Positions 13,116 through 26,481 of a stretch of DNA of 64,000 bases are shown here, piece after piece. A program made the position numbers and the translations under genes. The stretch comes from Eledone cirrhosa. Its lineage: Eukaryota. Position 1 is the first letter of the stretch. Each line of letters begins with the position of its first letter. The stretch covers positions 126,108,001 through 126,172,000 of the forward strand of contig OZ024740.1 in assembly GCA_964016885.1 (NCBI GenBank), given 5' to 3'. The notes under the pieces were generated by a model. That model was not told the origin of the DNA, ran no database searches, and saw only the letters and a list, made by a program, of their open reading frames with translations.

Positions 13116-13527
13116 TCTCTCTCTATATATATACTATATAAGGTTCATTTTAGACAGAGTCTTCTTCTCAACAAGAAAGATGAACAGACATTCTTCACCA
13201 CTTAATTTTCAATTTTTTATTTTTAATTATTTAAAAATTCTTTTTAATGGCAATGTTCAACATTTGATAAGATTTACAGCGATACATAAAAACCGGTGAT
13301 ATTTTATATATTTTCGATACATTATAAAACTCCTTTTTTAAAAAAAATAGTTTCTCTCATGTTTTCAGTAATGTCACTGACGGATCAAAGAAGAATAAAT
13401 GCAAAATACATTCTTTCAATATATTTTCCATGCAGTATCCAATTCCACTTTTTCCCTATAACCTCTGTTTTGTATAGAAACTTACTACCTTTTCAAATAT
13501 ATCTATTTCTATATCTATCTATCTACA

Positions 13528-13616
<89 letters not shown>

Positions 13617-13641
13617 CACCCCACCCCCCACACACACACAC

Positions 13642-13682
<41 letters not shown>

Positions 13683-13854
13683 TATATATATAAGCATTAT
13701 TCTATAAATACATATATGAATTTATTCAGATATAGAATTGAAAATATTTCTATATTAGTAACGTTGAAATTCTGTTTCTTTGTTAGGAACCAGGTATTTC
13801 TTTCGAGGAAGAATTTAAATAAAAAATAAAGAAACAATGCATATATATATACGA

Positions 13855-13887
<33 letters not shown>

Positions 13888-14289
13888 CCCATAATCTATC
13901 TATTTTTTCTTCCTCTTCTCTCCCCACTCTCTCTCTATATAGAATATATATATATATATATATATATCCTTTTATTTGTTTCAATCTGCTGCTAAGCTGT
14001 TTCACAACTTTGATACTGATTCGAGTATTTATTTTTCTTGTCAGCTTCATGTTTTGTGTCATCGCGTTATGTAATGCGATGTCGATTTTTGTATGTCAGA
14101 CAGCAGGGCCACGAAGCCCTGGGTGGATTTTAAAGCTGATGCCAACATAATGTGGATAATATTGGTTGAACAATTTTTCAAAATGTACCAATGATATAAT
14201 GCTTAACACAGCATTGGAGAAAGTAATCTTTGAGTTCTTCTAGTCGACCCAAGAATTCAATCCTTGTAATAAAAGTCCCTCGATGCAGC

Positions 14290-14522
14290 AGTCCGGTGCT
14301 TTTCTCAGTTTCCTTCGCGAAAAGGGGCTGTGAGTTAAAGCCTCCCTCCCCTGGATGTGAAATCAGTACATCGGACGGTTAAACCCCAGCTATTGTTGGT
14401 ACTCATTTTTAGCTGAGTATACTGGAGCTATGTGAAAACATTGATTTGAAGGACACAAAACGAAGTACAGGAATCGAACCCATGGCATTATGCTCGTAGG
14501 TCCCACATCATTACCACGCGAT
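14290..14522 (-). mobile_element. tRNA-derived SINE, decayed
   Basis: Minus strand has A-box-like GCGTGGTAATG and B-box GGTTCGATTCC followed by ACTCAGCT..AAATGAGTACC core. Confidence 0.6.
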
Positions 14523-15047
14523 TCCGTTAAGGCTTGCCATACCGTCTACTTATTTGCAATTGACCACTGGAGTGTTTCAATTTTCAATTTGTTTCAATTT
14601 TCAATTTTCGAGTGGGGAGACAACAGCCTGGAACAGTAATTAATGTGGGTTCGAGCAGAAAAGAGATGAATATTTCTCGTTCGAAATTTTAAAGAAGCCA
14701 TGAATACATTCTTCGGGTCCTTGTTATTTATGCGGGTACGCCAGTTCGTTTAGGTTGAGATTCTCATTGTCTCACACTTACGTGTTCCTGTTGCACATCC
14801 ATATTATTTATTATGGTCACCTCAGAGTACTGTTACTGTGGAGTTTCGCCTGTGTGTTTACAGGGTCATAAGACAAAACGACCTTGAGAGCGTAAAGACG
14901 AAACTCCATATTAACAGGAATCTGACTAGGCTTTAATATATGATATTATATTCAACCGTGTTATTGTGTACTCATTCTCGCGCCTATCAACTCTAAGTGG
15001 ACACATACACACATTTACACACACACTCATAACACACACACAGACAT

Positions 15048-15751
<704 letters not shown>

Positions 15752-15882
15752 ATATATATATATATATATATATATATGTATAATAATTTCGTATTTCCAA
15801 TGAAATACGGTTTTTTGGGAGCCGTAGCTATGCAAACACCGGGGGGCTAGCGTCATATATATATATATATGTATATATATAT

Positions 15883-18700
15883 AACGAAGGAGGTGTAGTA
15901 AGAAACCAGATGGACCATAACGCACCAGAGTACTCAATACTTAAGGTAGTAGAGTGGGTAATAGGAAAATGTTTAACCCCGACGCCAGAGTTCAAGCCGT
16001 TCGACGGCTATTTCTGAACTGAATTAGTATTTTTAGCGTGATAATAAATAGCCGTACTTTTCAAGGTGTAATTCCTTATATGGGGAGATGTAGTTGTCAA
16101 AAGTATTGGTCAAAATTTCTTGTAACCACAATTAAATATTTCATGGCAGTGGGTGGAAGGTGGGGGTGGCTGAACTTGCCTGTAGAACAATGAGAGAGTA
16201 GATGGAGCCGGCCAAGCGTTGAAAGTGAATTCTATACAGCAAATTCTAAGGAATGTGTATGAAATTAAGCTAGTTAGGAAGCAGGCGAAAAAGGATTCTG
16301 GTGGAATTTGAGAGTGGGACGTTAGATAATTAAAAGGTTAATAAATTGAGATTAAAAGATAATAAATAAAAAAAAATAATAAATAAAAAATAATTAATAA
16401 AAAAAAAAAAAAATTAAATAGTAAAATTAATAAAAAAATCTCTAGAGTCTAAAGCAGCTGCTATATTTTTAGTTGGTATTGCGTTTTCGTTCAATGCTAT
16501 ATATAAGTTACTGGGGTGGGGATACTGAGGCTACAAAAGCCCGATGTGCTGCCTCAGGGTAGGCGAAAGAGGAAAAAGGAGAAGGAAGAGGAGAGCGAGT
16601 GGAAGGAAGTGATAAGAAGAGAAAAAGGGGAAAAGAAAAGATGTACATCCATCTACCTATGTATGCTGGGGTTTCCCCTATCTTGTTCGGCAAGTGGGGA
16701 AAAGAAGGATGTTACAGCCATTGTCTACCCACCCGGGTCATGCGGGGATTTGAGGGTGAGGTAAGTCCTACGCAATCGGTGTTTACATGCAGTTACATAT
16801 TTGTCTTTTTTGTTTAGGAGTTGGTGCTTCGTAAACAACATTTGTAATGTTTCCTCCGAGCATAAGTTAAACGGGCGGCGTCCTCCCGTGTAGGAGTTAG
16901 CCCTGGACAGTAAGCTCCAAGTAAGATAGCATGTTATGTTATTATCTTGGAGGTGCCAGATGTGGCCCGAAAGTGAAGTGGCATGTCGCCGGGCCGAGTT
17001 TTGGATCGTATGTCGGTGGTGGTAGAGCTGGGTCTTAAAGTCACAAACGGTTAATCCTATATAGGCTTTGTTGGACGTTTCCATCCTCACGTTGCATTGG
17101 TAGATCACGTTACGTTCTCAGCATCTGTTGTTGAGGGGGCACGTAGATCCATTAGGGCCACACACATCCTGATCGGCCCTACACTAATATCTAGGTTGTT
17201 GGGATTGAGTTTCTTCTTGTTTGAGGAGGTGATATTTTGTACGAAGAAAGGTGTGTTGCTGTAAGATAGTTTGATGGTGTTTTTGTTGATTATGTTGTGG
17301 TAGTGGTGTTGTGGTGGGAAATGTTTTTCGAGGAGCCTAAAGAAGATTTCTGGGGACGGTTGATCCCCGTTACGTTCCGGGAGCGGCGGCGTCGCCTGTT
17401 GGTTCCGTTAAGGAAGCTGGATAAAATGAGTTTTTCCTCCCGAAAGCCGCTTCGCTTGAGGGCCTGGCTGTAATGAGGCGCATGTTCATCGAATATCTGC
17501 TCATTAGCGGAAAAAACGAGATATGCGGAGGAGGATGTTTTTAACCAGGTTATTGGTGATGTTTCTAGGATGGTTAGAGCGGCGGTGGATGTAGTGAAGG
17601 TTGTCGTTTGGTTTCCAGTATGGGTAGTACAGATCATTTTCGAGGTTGAGGGTAACGACCAGGAATTTGACTGGGGTTAGGGACGTTTGTAGGGTGATTT
17701 TAATACCCCACTCCCGGAAGAAGTTGATTAGTTGTTTACGAAACCGGTCTGTACTACTGGGGTTGTACCCTTTGAGGGTAAGTAGCCCATCGTCTCGGTA
17801 CAATCCACCGTCGAATGCAGGAAACATTTCGGTGAGTTTATATAGTAGGAATAATCCTATAACATCGGTCACTTCGGCCGAATCGGTCATGCCCATAGTG
17901 ACGTCGAAGTGGGAGTCGGGAGCTCTCTTTATCCACTTGGAGTTGTCGAAAAGGAGGACTGTCTTCCTGGCGTGGAGAACGATGTTTCTTTACTGGTCCG
18001 TGATGTGTGTGAGTGTTTTGGCAAAGTCCAAAGCGGCCGTAAGGAGCGGTAAGATAATAGAACTATGTCGAACTGAATGAATTTGGTGTCCTGATTGTCC
18101 TCAGTATTCCTGAACCATGAGATGACTTCCCGGTTCCTGACCCAAAGGCTAAGTCTCGAGTTTTGCTTAACTTTTGGTATAACGCGGTCTAGTATCTTTT
18201 TACTGATTCTCACTATGTTCGACTTAGTCGGCTTTATAAGCCTGGTGGATGGTTTGCGGTCGAACTCGTTTTTTGGTCCTACAGGGGGAAGTAGGGAGTC
18301 AGTGGGTCAAGGGGTTCTGTGCGGTCGGCGACCCCGAGGTTGGAGATAATTTTTTGTCCATCTAGATGTCATGGATTATTGAATGGTTAGTCTTTTTGTA
18401 GGTGGAGTTCAGGCTGGTGCTGATCAGTGTATGGTATCTGTCAGGGTTGACAAAATAGAAGTTTCCACTTTGGTCCGAATGCACCAGGATGTCGTTGGTG
18501 CTTTCATACTCCGTTATTTTGCTACGGATTGTTGTAGGAATCGGTTGTATCTGGGTTTGAATTTTATACCCTTGACCATGTGGAAGAGGTCGTTCTCGAA
18601 GGGGGAATGCATAGGGTTCGGTGGGGGAGATTTGTGGGTATTGAATCCGAATCTCTCCTTGGTGTGGAATCATGGTTATCGAGGTATCTATCGACGAAAA
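15883..18700 (-). mobile_element. Penelope-like element, Hydra-clade-like (RT plus C-terminal GIY-YIG), decayed
   Basis: MG.TDSAEVTD, GGLYRDDGL, YIHRRSNHP, NVIYQC..AYIGLT..FKT.LY.H; degenerate hammerhead at about 15975-16070. Confidence 0.9.
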
Positions 18701-18704
18701 ATAT

Positions 18705-19932
18705 TCTGCATCTCAGTCTTTTGGCAAACAGGTTGATTTTTTGAAAAACACTATCAAACTCTCTTACAGCACCACACCCTTCTTCGCACAAAACATGGCC
18801 TCTTCAAACAACAAGAAACTCAACCACTATGGAAGAAACAACCTAGACATTAGTGGAGAGCTGACAGGAGGTGTAACTGCCCTGATAGATAAACATGCCC
18901 CTCAACAACAGATGTTGAGAACGTAACGTGATCTACCAATGCAACGTGAGGACGGAAACCTCCAACAAAGCCTATATAGGATTAACCGCTTGTGACTTTA
19001 AGACCCGGCTCTACCAACACCGACATACGTTTCGTAACCCGGCCCGGCAACATGCCCCTACACTTTCGAGCCACATCTGGAACCTCCAAGATAATAACAT
19101 AACATACCATCTTACTTGGAGCTTACTGTCCAGGGCTAACTCCTACACGGGAGGACGCCGCCCGTTTAACTTATGCTCGCAGGAAACATTACAAATGTTG
19201 TTTACGAAGCACCAACTCCTAAACAAAAAAGACGAACTTGTAACTGCATGTAAACACCCATTGCATAGGACTTACCTCGCCCATAAACTCCCTTATGACC
19301 CGAGTGGGTAGACAATGGCTGCAACATCCTTATTTTCCCCACTTACCGAACAAGATAGGGGAAACCCCAGCATACATAGGTAGATGTACATCTTTACTTT
19401 TTCCCTTTATCTCTTCTAATCACTTACTTCCACTCCCTCTCCTCTTCCTTCTCCTTTTCCCTCTTTCGCCTACCCCGAGGCAGCCCATCGGTCTTTTGTA
19501 GCCTCAGTACCTCCACCCCAGTAAATTATATATAGCATTGGCCGAAAACGCAATACCAACTAAAAATATAGCAGCTGCTTTAAACTTTAGAGATTTATTT
19601 TTATTACTTTTTACCTTTTAATTTTATTATATTTATTTTTTTTATTTATTATTTATTTATTTATTATTATTTTTTATTTATTATCTTTTAATCTCAATTT
19701 ATTAACGTTTTAATTCTATAGCATCCCACTCTCAAATTCCTCCAGAATCCTTTTTCGCCTGCTTCCTAACTAGTCTAATTTCATACACATTCCTTAGAAT
19801 TTGCGGAATAGAATTCAATTTCAACGCTTGGCCGGCTCCACCCACTCACTCATTGTTATTACAGGCAAGTTCAGCCACCCCCACCTCCCACCGACTGCCA
19901 TGAAATATTTAATTGTGTCTCCAAAAAATTTG
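18705..19932 (+). mobile_element. Inverted 3' part of the same PLE (GIY-YIG plus 3' UTR)
   Basis: Reverse complement of about 16109-17300; ORF 18928-19311 is the endonuclease. Confidence 0.9.
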
Positions 19933-19996
19933 ATGTGTGCAATTTTCTAAACTATTATTTATAGAGATAGTTTATTATCATTTTCACTTACGTTAC

Positions 19997-20215
19997 GTCG
20001 GATTGGCAGAATCGTTAGAGCGCCAGACACCATATTTGTAGCATAGAGTTATGACCTTTTATGATCTGAGTTCAAATCCCACCGAGGTTAGCTTTGTCTT
20101 ACAGCCTTACGGGGTCGATAAAATAAAGTACCAGTAATGTACTGATCAAATCGACTTACCCCCCCCCCCCACCCCTTTCAAATCGCTGGCCTTGAGATTA
20201 AAGTAGAAACAATTA
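19997..20215 (+). mobile_element. tRNA-derived octopus-type SINE
   Basis: TGGCAGAATCGTTAG head, GAGTTCAAATCC B-box, CCTTACGGGGTCGATAAAATAAAGTACCAGT core shared with 38478-38665. Confidence 0.8.
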
Positions 20216-20819
20216 TGTTCACTCGCGTTGTTTAAGCACATACATACACTCATACATGCGCAAAAGAATATACGCACACATGCATACACGCGCACAATAA
20301 ATATGGTAGATATTAATCCCGCAGATCAGTATACAATTGTGTGACTACTGAAATCCCACTCGTGAAACACTATGGATAATTCTGAATATACCAGAAATAT
20401 GTGTAACTTCAGTGCACTTCCCAGAATGTGTTAGCAAGGAGGTGTTTCAAGTCGTGGCCATTTAATTTTCAGACACATTCCAGAGACAAGTGAGAAAGCT
20501 AGAGCGTAAGAGGAAGATATAACGATCGAGCGTACACTATTTTGGGAACCTTATAGAATGAAAAAAAATGTTGACCTTGGTTAGATTTAAACTTTGCCTG
20601 CAGAGAACTGAATCGAATTCAATATAGTATTCTATCTAACGCGCTACCGATTTTGCAAATGCATGTAAATGTATGGATTATACATATACATAGATATCTG
20701 TACGTATACATGTTTATATGAATACGCAGACACGTATATATATATATATATATTTATAAATGAAAGGTATAGAAAATATTGTAGCAAGAAGCCAACGGTA
20801 TTCCATAATATATATATAT

Positions 20820-20990
20820 CTAAGGCGGGTAAAATTCCCGAGGTCCATGGACGAGTTCTCTCCAGCGGTCTCTGTCCCTCATTATCGCTGCCATATCCTG
20901 CATCTCCAACAGACCAGTGTCTGTCCTTAGGGCATCAACATATGTTAACCTTGGTCTTCCGCTTCTAGTGTGTCCATGTAGGGGCTCCCA
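20820..20990 (-). mobile_element. RTE-clade LINE 3' end fragment
   Basis: WEPLHGHTRSGRPRLTYVD..MRDRDRWRELV is a typical RTE ORF C-terminus, flanked by (TA)n. Confidence 0.75.
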
Positions 20991-21004
20991 ATATATATAT
21001 ATAT

Positions 21005-21822
21005 AAACGGAAAAAATGAAACGAAATTTCATTTCCCACTCATAGTACGGCTGTTACTTAAATATAAGTATGTACACGTACATACATATTTGTATACAGA
21101 CGTACAATAGTATGTATATATATATACATACATGCACACATATATATATGTGTACGTATGGATTCACCGAACATTTATTATAATGCTCGGTGTGTTTGTA
21201 AACAAACATCCCGTATTAAGCCGTAGTGTCCAGCAACCATCGTTGCTCGTTTGTTCAACACTGACAAAGGAACGCTGTACTAGCTTCAAGCTTATTAGCT
21301 ATCGTCAGCAACGTATACCTTCCTGCCAGATTGTTGAACGTATATACTTACCTTATGCATATTAACAGCTGAGAAGCCCAATTTGCATATCGAGTGGGTT
21401 AAACGGCCGGGTGCACCGAAAACGATAAACGGAAAAAATGAAACGAAATTGCATTTCCCACTCATAGTACGGCTGTTACTTAAATATAAGTATGTACACG
21501 TACATACATATATGTATACAGACGTACAGTAGTATGTATATATATATATATACATACATGCACAAATATATGTATGTACGTATGGATTCACCGAACATTT
21601 ATTATAATGTTCGGTGTGTTGAACAAACGAGTAACGATGGTTGCTGGACACTACGGCTTAATACGGGATCTTTGTTTACAAACACACCGAGCATTATAAT
21701 AAATGTTCGGTGAATTCATACGTACATATATATATGTGTGCATGTATGTATATATATATACATACTACTGTACGTCTGTATACATATATGTATGTACGTG
21801 TACATACTTATATTTAAGTAAC
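21005..21822 (-). mobile_element. Retrozyme-like element, unit of about 421 bp (about 1.5 tandem units plus inverted arm), relative of the 468-bp array
   Basis: Direct repeat 21005/21427, inverted arm about 21616-21822, hammerhead motif at 21272-21314, octamer at 21381. Confidence 0.8.
21272..21314 (-). ncRNA. Type I hammerhead ribozyme motif (GAAA>GAAG variant)
   Basis: ACGTTG-CTGACGA-TAGCTAATAAGCTT-GAAG-CTAG-TA-CAGCGT. Confidence 0.7.
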
Positions 21823-21886
21823 AAATTTATTTGTGACATACACACATATTTACTCTATGCCGAAATAGGAACTGTAGTCCTCTGCA

Positions 21887-22380
21887 TTTCCGGATTTTAA
21901 CACTCGGGTTCTAGAGTTTTACACTCCATTCTTGTCTCATTTGCTCTTAAAACGCACCACACCATGATTGTGATCCTTTGCACTTCTTGATTCTGACACA
22001 GCCTTTCTACTTCGGTCAATATCTTCCAAATCTTTCAAACTTTGAGATTGGTTGTAACACACACACATTTTATTTTATTATTTTATTTTATTCCTTTATC
22101 TCATTCTTTTTACTATTTCATTTTTTTTATTATTTTATTTTTTTTGTTATTTTTGTTATTTTATTTTATTCTTTATTTCCGGATTTTAACACCCGGGTTC
22201 TGGTGTTTTACACTCCAACCTTGTCTTACTTGCACTTTAAACGCACCACCCCATGATAGTGTAAAGATTGTGATCCTTTGCACTCCTTGATTCTGACACA
22301 TCCTTTCTGCTTCGGTCAATATCTTCCAAATCTTTTTAACTATAAGATTGGTTATAACACACACGCATTTTATTTTATCT
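21887..22380. repeat. Diverged tandem duplication, period about 290 bp, followed by (ATTTTTT)n at about 22470-22590
   Basis: TTTCCGGATTTTAACAC..CTTCGGTCAATATCTTCCAAATC occurs twice. Confidence 0.85.
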
Positions 22381-23570
22381 ATTATACTATTATTCTTTTT
22401 ACTATTTTATTATTTTTTTGTTTATTTATTTTAGTTTTTTATTTCTTTATTTTATTCTTTTATTTTTGTATTTTTTATTTTTTATTTTTTATTTTTTATT
22501 TTTTATTTTTTATTTTTTATTTTTTATTTTTTATTTTTTATTTTTTATTTTTTATTTTTTATTTTTTATTTTTTATTTTTTATTTTTTATTTTCATTTAA
22601 TTATTTTTATTTTCTTCATTTTATTGCCTTATATTCTTTCATTTCTCCGTTTTACTTTATCTTATTTCTTCATCTGCTTGGCACCCCCCACCACCACCAC
22701 AACGAGAAATGGTGGCAGGATAGATGTCTACACACAGAGAAATTCTTCTAAAAACAGCAGCAGCCGAAATATAGCTGACCACTACCAACATAAGGGAAGA
22801 GGTCAGCTGTACTTAACAAAAACAACCTCGACAGATTGCCTTGCCTCGGAAAAAAAATTTATATAGATTTTTGACTGAGGAATGTTCTCACAACTGAGCA
22901 ATGGGAGGAGAGAGTGTCCTTTGCCGCCGAAATTCGTTTGTTCGAATTCATATGATTCCAGTTCTTCAGAGAAATAACAACCCAACCAGGAGCTGGGCAT
23001 ATCGGAGGATTGACGGAGTTAAACACCTCAACAATATGTGTACCCGTCTCTTCCACACCAATTCGGACTGCCTGAAGAGGTCACAGCCAAAGATGGCTGT
23101 CACCGAAATATATATAGCAGTACACCTTTCATAAACGCAGCCAAATTTTAAATATTTGTCTTATTTATTTTATTTTACATTACTCCGGAGTAACCAACCC
23201 AACCTGCGCACTTCGTCGAGTGCTCCAATCTGCATAAATAGGTTTCGGTAAACAACGAACATATACTCAAGATATATATACACGTATACAGAATGTGTGA
23301 CGAAAGAATTTTAACAATATATTAACAACTATCTGGTTGTGGAACCAACCAACCAACCAGAAATTTATAAATTTATAAATTCCTAAATTTATAAATTTAT
23401 TATAATAAATTGAAGTGAAAGCAACTGGTGCGTATGTTTCTTATTGAAACACACGCACAAGTTGCTTTCACTTCAATTTATTATAATAAATTTATAAATT
23501 TAGGAATTTATAAATTTATAAATTTCTGGTTGGTTGGTTGGTTCCACAACCAGATAGTTGTTTATATATT

Positions 23571-23613
23571 GTCAAAGTTCTTTCGTCACACATTCTGTGA
23601 CCTCATCAGTGAC
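23571..23613 (-). ncRNA. Minimal type I hammerhead motif in inverted pLTR
   Basis: GTCA-CTGATGA-GGTCACAGAATGTGTGAC-GAAA-GAAC-TT-TGAC. Confidence 0.7.
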
Positions 23614-25340
23614 TGGGGATACTTTTCTTTGTTTTTGTGCCTTTCCTTTGTTCTGTCCTACGCCATTTTGTTTCTGTGTGTGTGTTGTGTGCTCAGTCTG
23701 CGCATGCGCCACATCCGGGTGTCTGTGTGTGTTTATATTTGTTTATTTATTTGGACCAGAGCCATACGGACACCCGAAAACCACGATGAACTGAAGAAAA
23801 TGATTGCACATGCGGTAGGGGCCAACATAAAACTAACCCTTAAGGAACATATGTTCAAATTTAATGGAAAAACATATGCCCAAGAGGAAGGAGCAGCCAT
23901 TGGTGTTAGCATTGCAGGCGACATAGCTAACTTATTCATGGAATGGTGGGACAGTAGACTTAAACTTAAAGAACAATTAGAAGACCCCTTAACCCTGATA
24001 ATGTACTCCCGCTACGTTGATGATATAAACATCGTAGTTAAGACACCCCCACTAGAGAACAGTCAGGAACTAGAGAAAAACACAATGGAAAGCATCCAGC
24101 AAATAGCTAACTCCATCCACCAGAGTATTAGAGTTACTATAGACTACCCAAGTAAACACCCCAACCATCGATTACCTGTACTAGACACAGAGCTCTGGTT
24201 AGATACCATTAATAACAAAAAAACAAATCCTCCATTCCCATTATGCCAAACCCATGACTTCCAAACATCTGATCCACCGAAACTCGGCTGTTTCGGACCA
24301 TACCAAAATCAACATACTGATTGCGGATTTGGTACGGGTGATGAGAAACGTGTCCCGCATGTGCAACCCCGAAGAACTAGAGAGAAACATACAACACTTC
24401 ATCCACCGCAGTTCTCTGGTTACAATCAGAGAGATAAAATCAGAGTGTATAGAGGAGCCAGAACCAAATGGGAAAAAATGGTAAATAATGACACAAATGG
24501 GACTTGCCCCTTGTATAGGAGCACATTTTGGAATCGAATAAAAAGAACTAGGTATAAGACTAATAGAATAAACTCATGGTATGATAGCAATAAATACCAG
24601 AGTGTAATGTCCACGATACAACCCCTAGAGGTGAATTAGCTTACAAATTTAGAAGGGCCCTAGATAAACATAAACTCAATATTAAGATAGTAGAAAGACC
24701 AGGTACCTCCGTAAAAACACTTATTAGCAAGACATACCCTTTTCAAAGACCCCCCTGTATAGATAAGAAATGTATAACCTGTAAAATAAGCCCCCATATT
24801 AACTGTAAAACTAGAAATGTAGTGTATAGCATAAGATGTACTGAAGGACAATGTAGAGACAAAAATATAGTGTACGTAGGTGAGACAGTCCGTAGTGTAG
24901 GTGAACGGATAAATGAACACTGGCGAGACCTTTAAGATTGTAAAGAATCATCTGTACTCTACCAACATGCTAAAATAGAACATAAGGGTAAATTAGACAA
25001 CATAGAAATAAAAATAGAATCTACACACAGAAAAGACGCAATGTTTAGACAAATCACAGAGGCAATAAACATAAAAGAATTACAACCAAAATTAAATAGA
25101 AAATATGAGTGGAACAGCAACATCACAACTTACAATTAAGGACAAAATGAAAACACACACACAAATAGAACAAACAACCAACCGGTAACATGTAAATAAA
25201 CAAATAAATAAACAAATATAAACACACACAGACACCCGGATGTGGCGCATGCGCGGACTGAGCACACAACACACACACAGAAATAAAATGGCGTAGGACA
25301 GAACAAAGGAGAGGCACAAAAACAAAGAAAAGAATCCCCA

Positions 25341-25383
25341 GTCACTGACGAGGTCACAGAATCTGTGACGAAAGAACTTTGAC
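25341..25383 (+). ncRNA. Minimal type I hammerhead motif in 3' pLTR
   Basis: GTCA-CTGACGA-GGTCACAGAATCTGTGAC-GAAA-GAAC-TT-TGAC. Confidence 0.72.
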
Positions 25384-25599
25384 AATATATAAACAACTAT
25401 CTGGTTGTGGAACCAACCAACCAACCAGAAATTTATAAATTTATAAATTCCTAAATTTATAAATTTATTATAATAAATTTAAGTGAACGGAAGTGGTGCG
25501 TGTGTTTCTTATTGGCAACATGACCCTCCCAAAGTATAACAATATCGGTTTCAACACACGATTTCAGATAAAGAATCTTGCTAAACAAATTCAGAAACG

Positions 25600-25692
<93 letters not shown>

Positions 25693-25901
25693 TGTGAGGT
25701 ATATGATTTTTAATGCGATGAAATACCCATGATCGTTTGGTAAATCACTGATGAGGACTCATTTTATAACATGTTATCCATGTGCAACCAGCAGTAATCT
25801 TCTCACCCATATTTTTTATATATATATAAGTGTATATATATATGTATATATATAAGTATATATATTTATATGTATATATATATATATGTATATATATATG
25901 T

Positions 25902-25974
<73 letters not shown>

Positions 25975-26020
25975 GACAAATGTGTGGTGCATATATATAT
26001 GTATATATACATATATTCAA

Positions 26021-26110
<90 letters not shown>

Positions 26111-26356
26111 GTAAGTATGCATGTATACGTACATACATATATGTATACAGACGTACAGTAGCATGCACATATATATATATATATATATATACATATATAC
26201 ATACATATGCATACAGGTACACATACATATATGCACGTATCAGTTTAGCGGCGCTAACGTCGCTTTGTTCGTTTGTAAACAAACTGAACAGCCTGAATTT
26301 ATGCCATACGGTGTTAAGGCAACCACGTCACCTTTTTGTTCAACACTGACACATGA

Positions 26357-26399
26357 ACGATGTACTAGTTTCAAGCTTGTTAGCTATCATCAGCACCGT
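26357..26399 (-). ncRNA. Type I hammerhead ribozyme (also at 26825-26867, 27293-27335, 27757-27799, 28225-28267 on minus)
   Basis: ACGGTG-CTGATGA-TAGCTAACAAGCTT-GAAA-CTAG-TA/CATCGT; complete core, stem I, stem II and palindromic ACTAGT stem III. Confidence 0.85.
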
Positions 26400-26473
26400 T
26401 TACCCATCTGCCAGATAGTTGAACGTTCGAAAGTATATACTTTCCTTATGAAAATTAACGGCTGAGCAGCCTA

Positions 26474-26481
26474 ATTTGCAT
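26474..26481 (-). promoter_or_regulatory. Octamer motif ATGCAAAT in each array unit
   Basis: Exact octamer about 75 nt upstream of the hammerhead, conserved in the diverged copy at 21381-21388. Confidence 0.45.

Larger units (their letters stand above)
23290..25515 (+). mobile_element. Penelope-like element (5'-truncated RT plus GIY-YIG) with inverted pseudo-LTR copies
   Basis: QEEGAAIG..IANLFM, YSRYVDD, LPVLD; VVYSIRC..C..VYVGET..ERINEH at about 24800-24920; 23452-23750 is the inverse of about 25200-25510. Confidence 0.9.

Noticed and set aside
18910-18925. TGA in N-R-C-TGA-E shared by both arms of the 16-20 kb PLE as possible selenocysteine
   Set aside because: Not at a Cys position, and the 62 kb copy has CGA there, consistent with CpG decay.
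25745-25815. CTGATGAGGAC hammerhead-like start
   Set aside because: No matching stem II partner or GAAA downstream.
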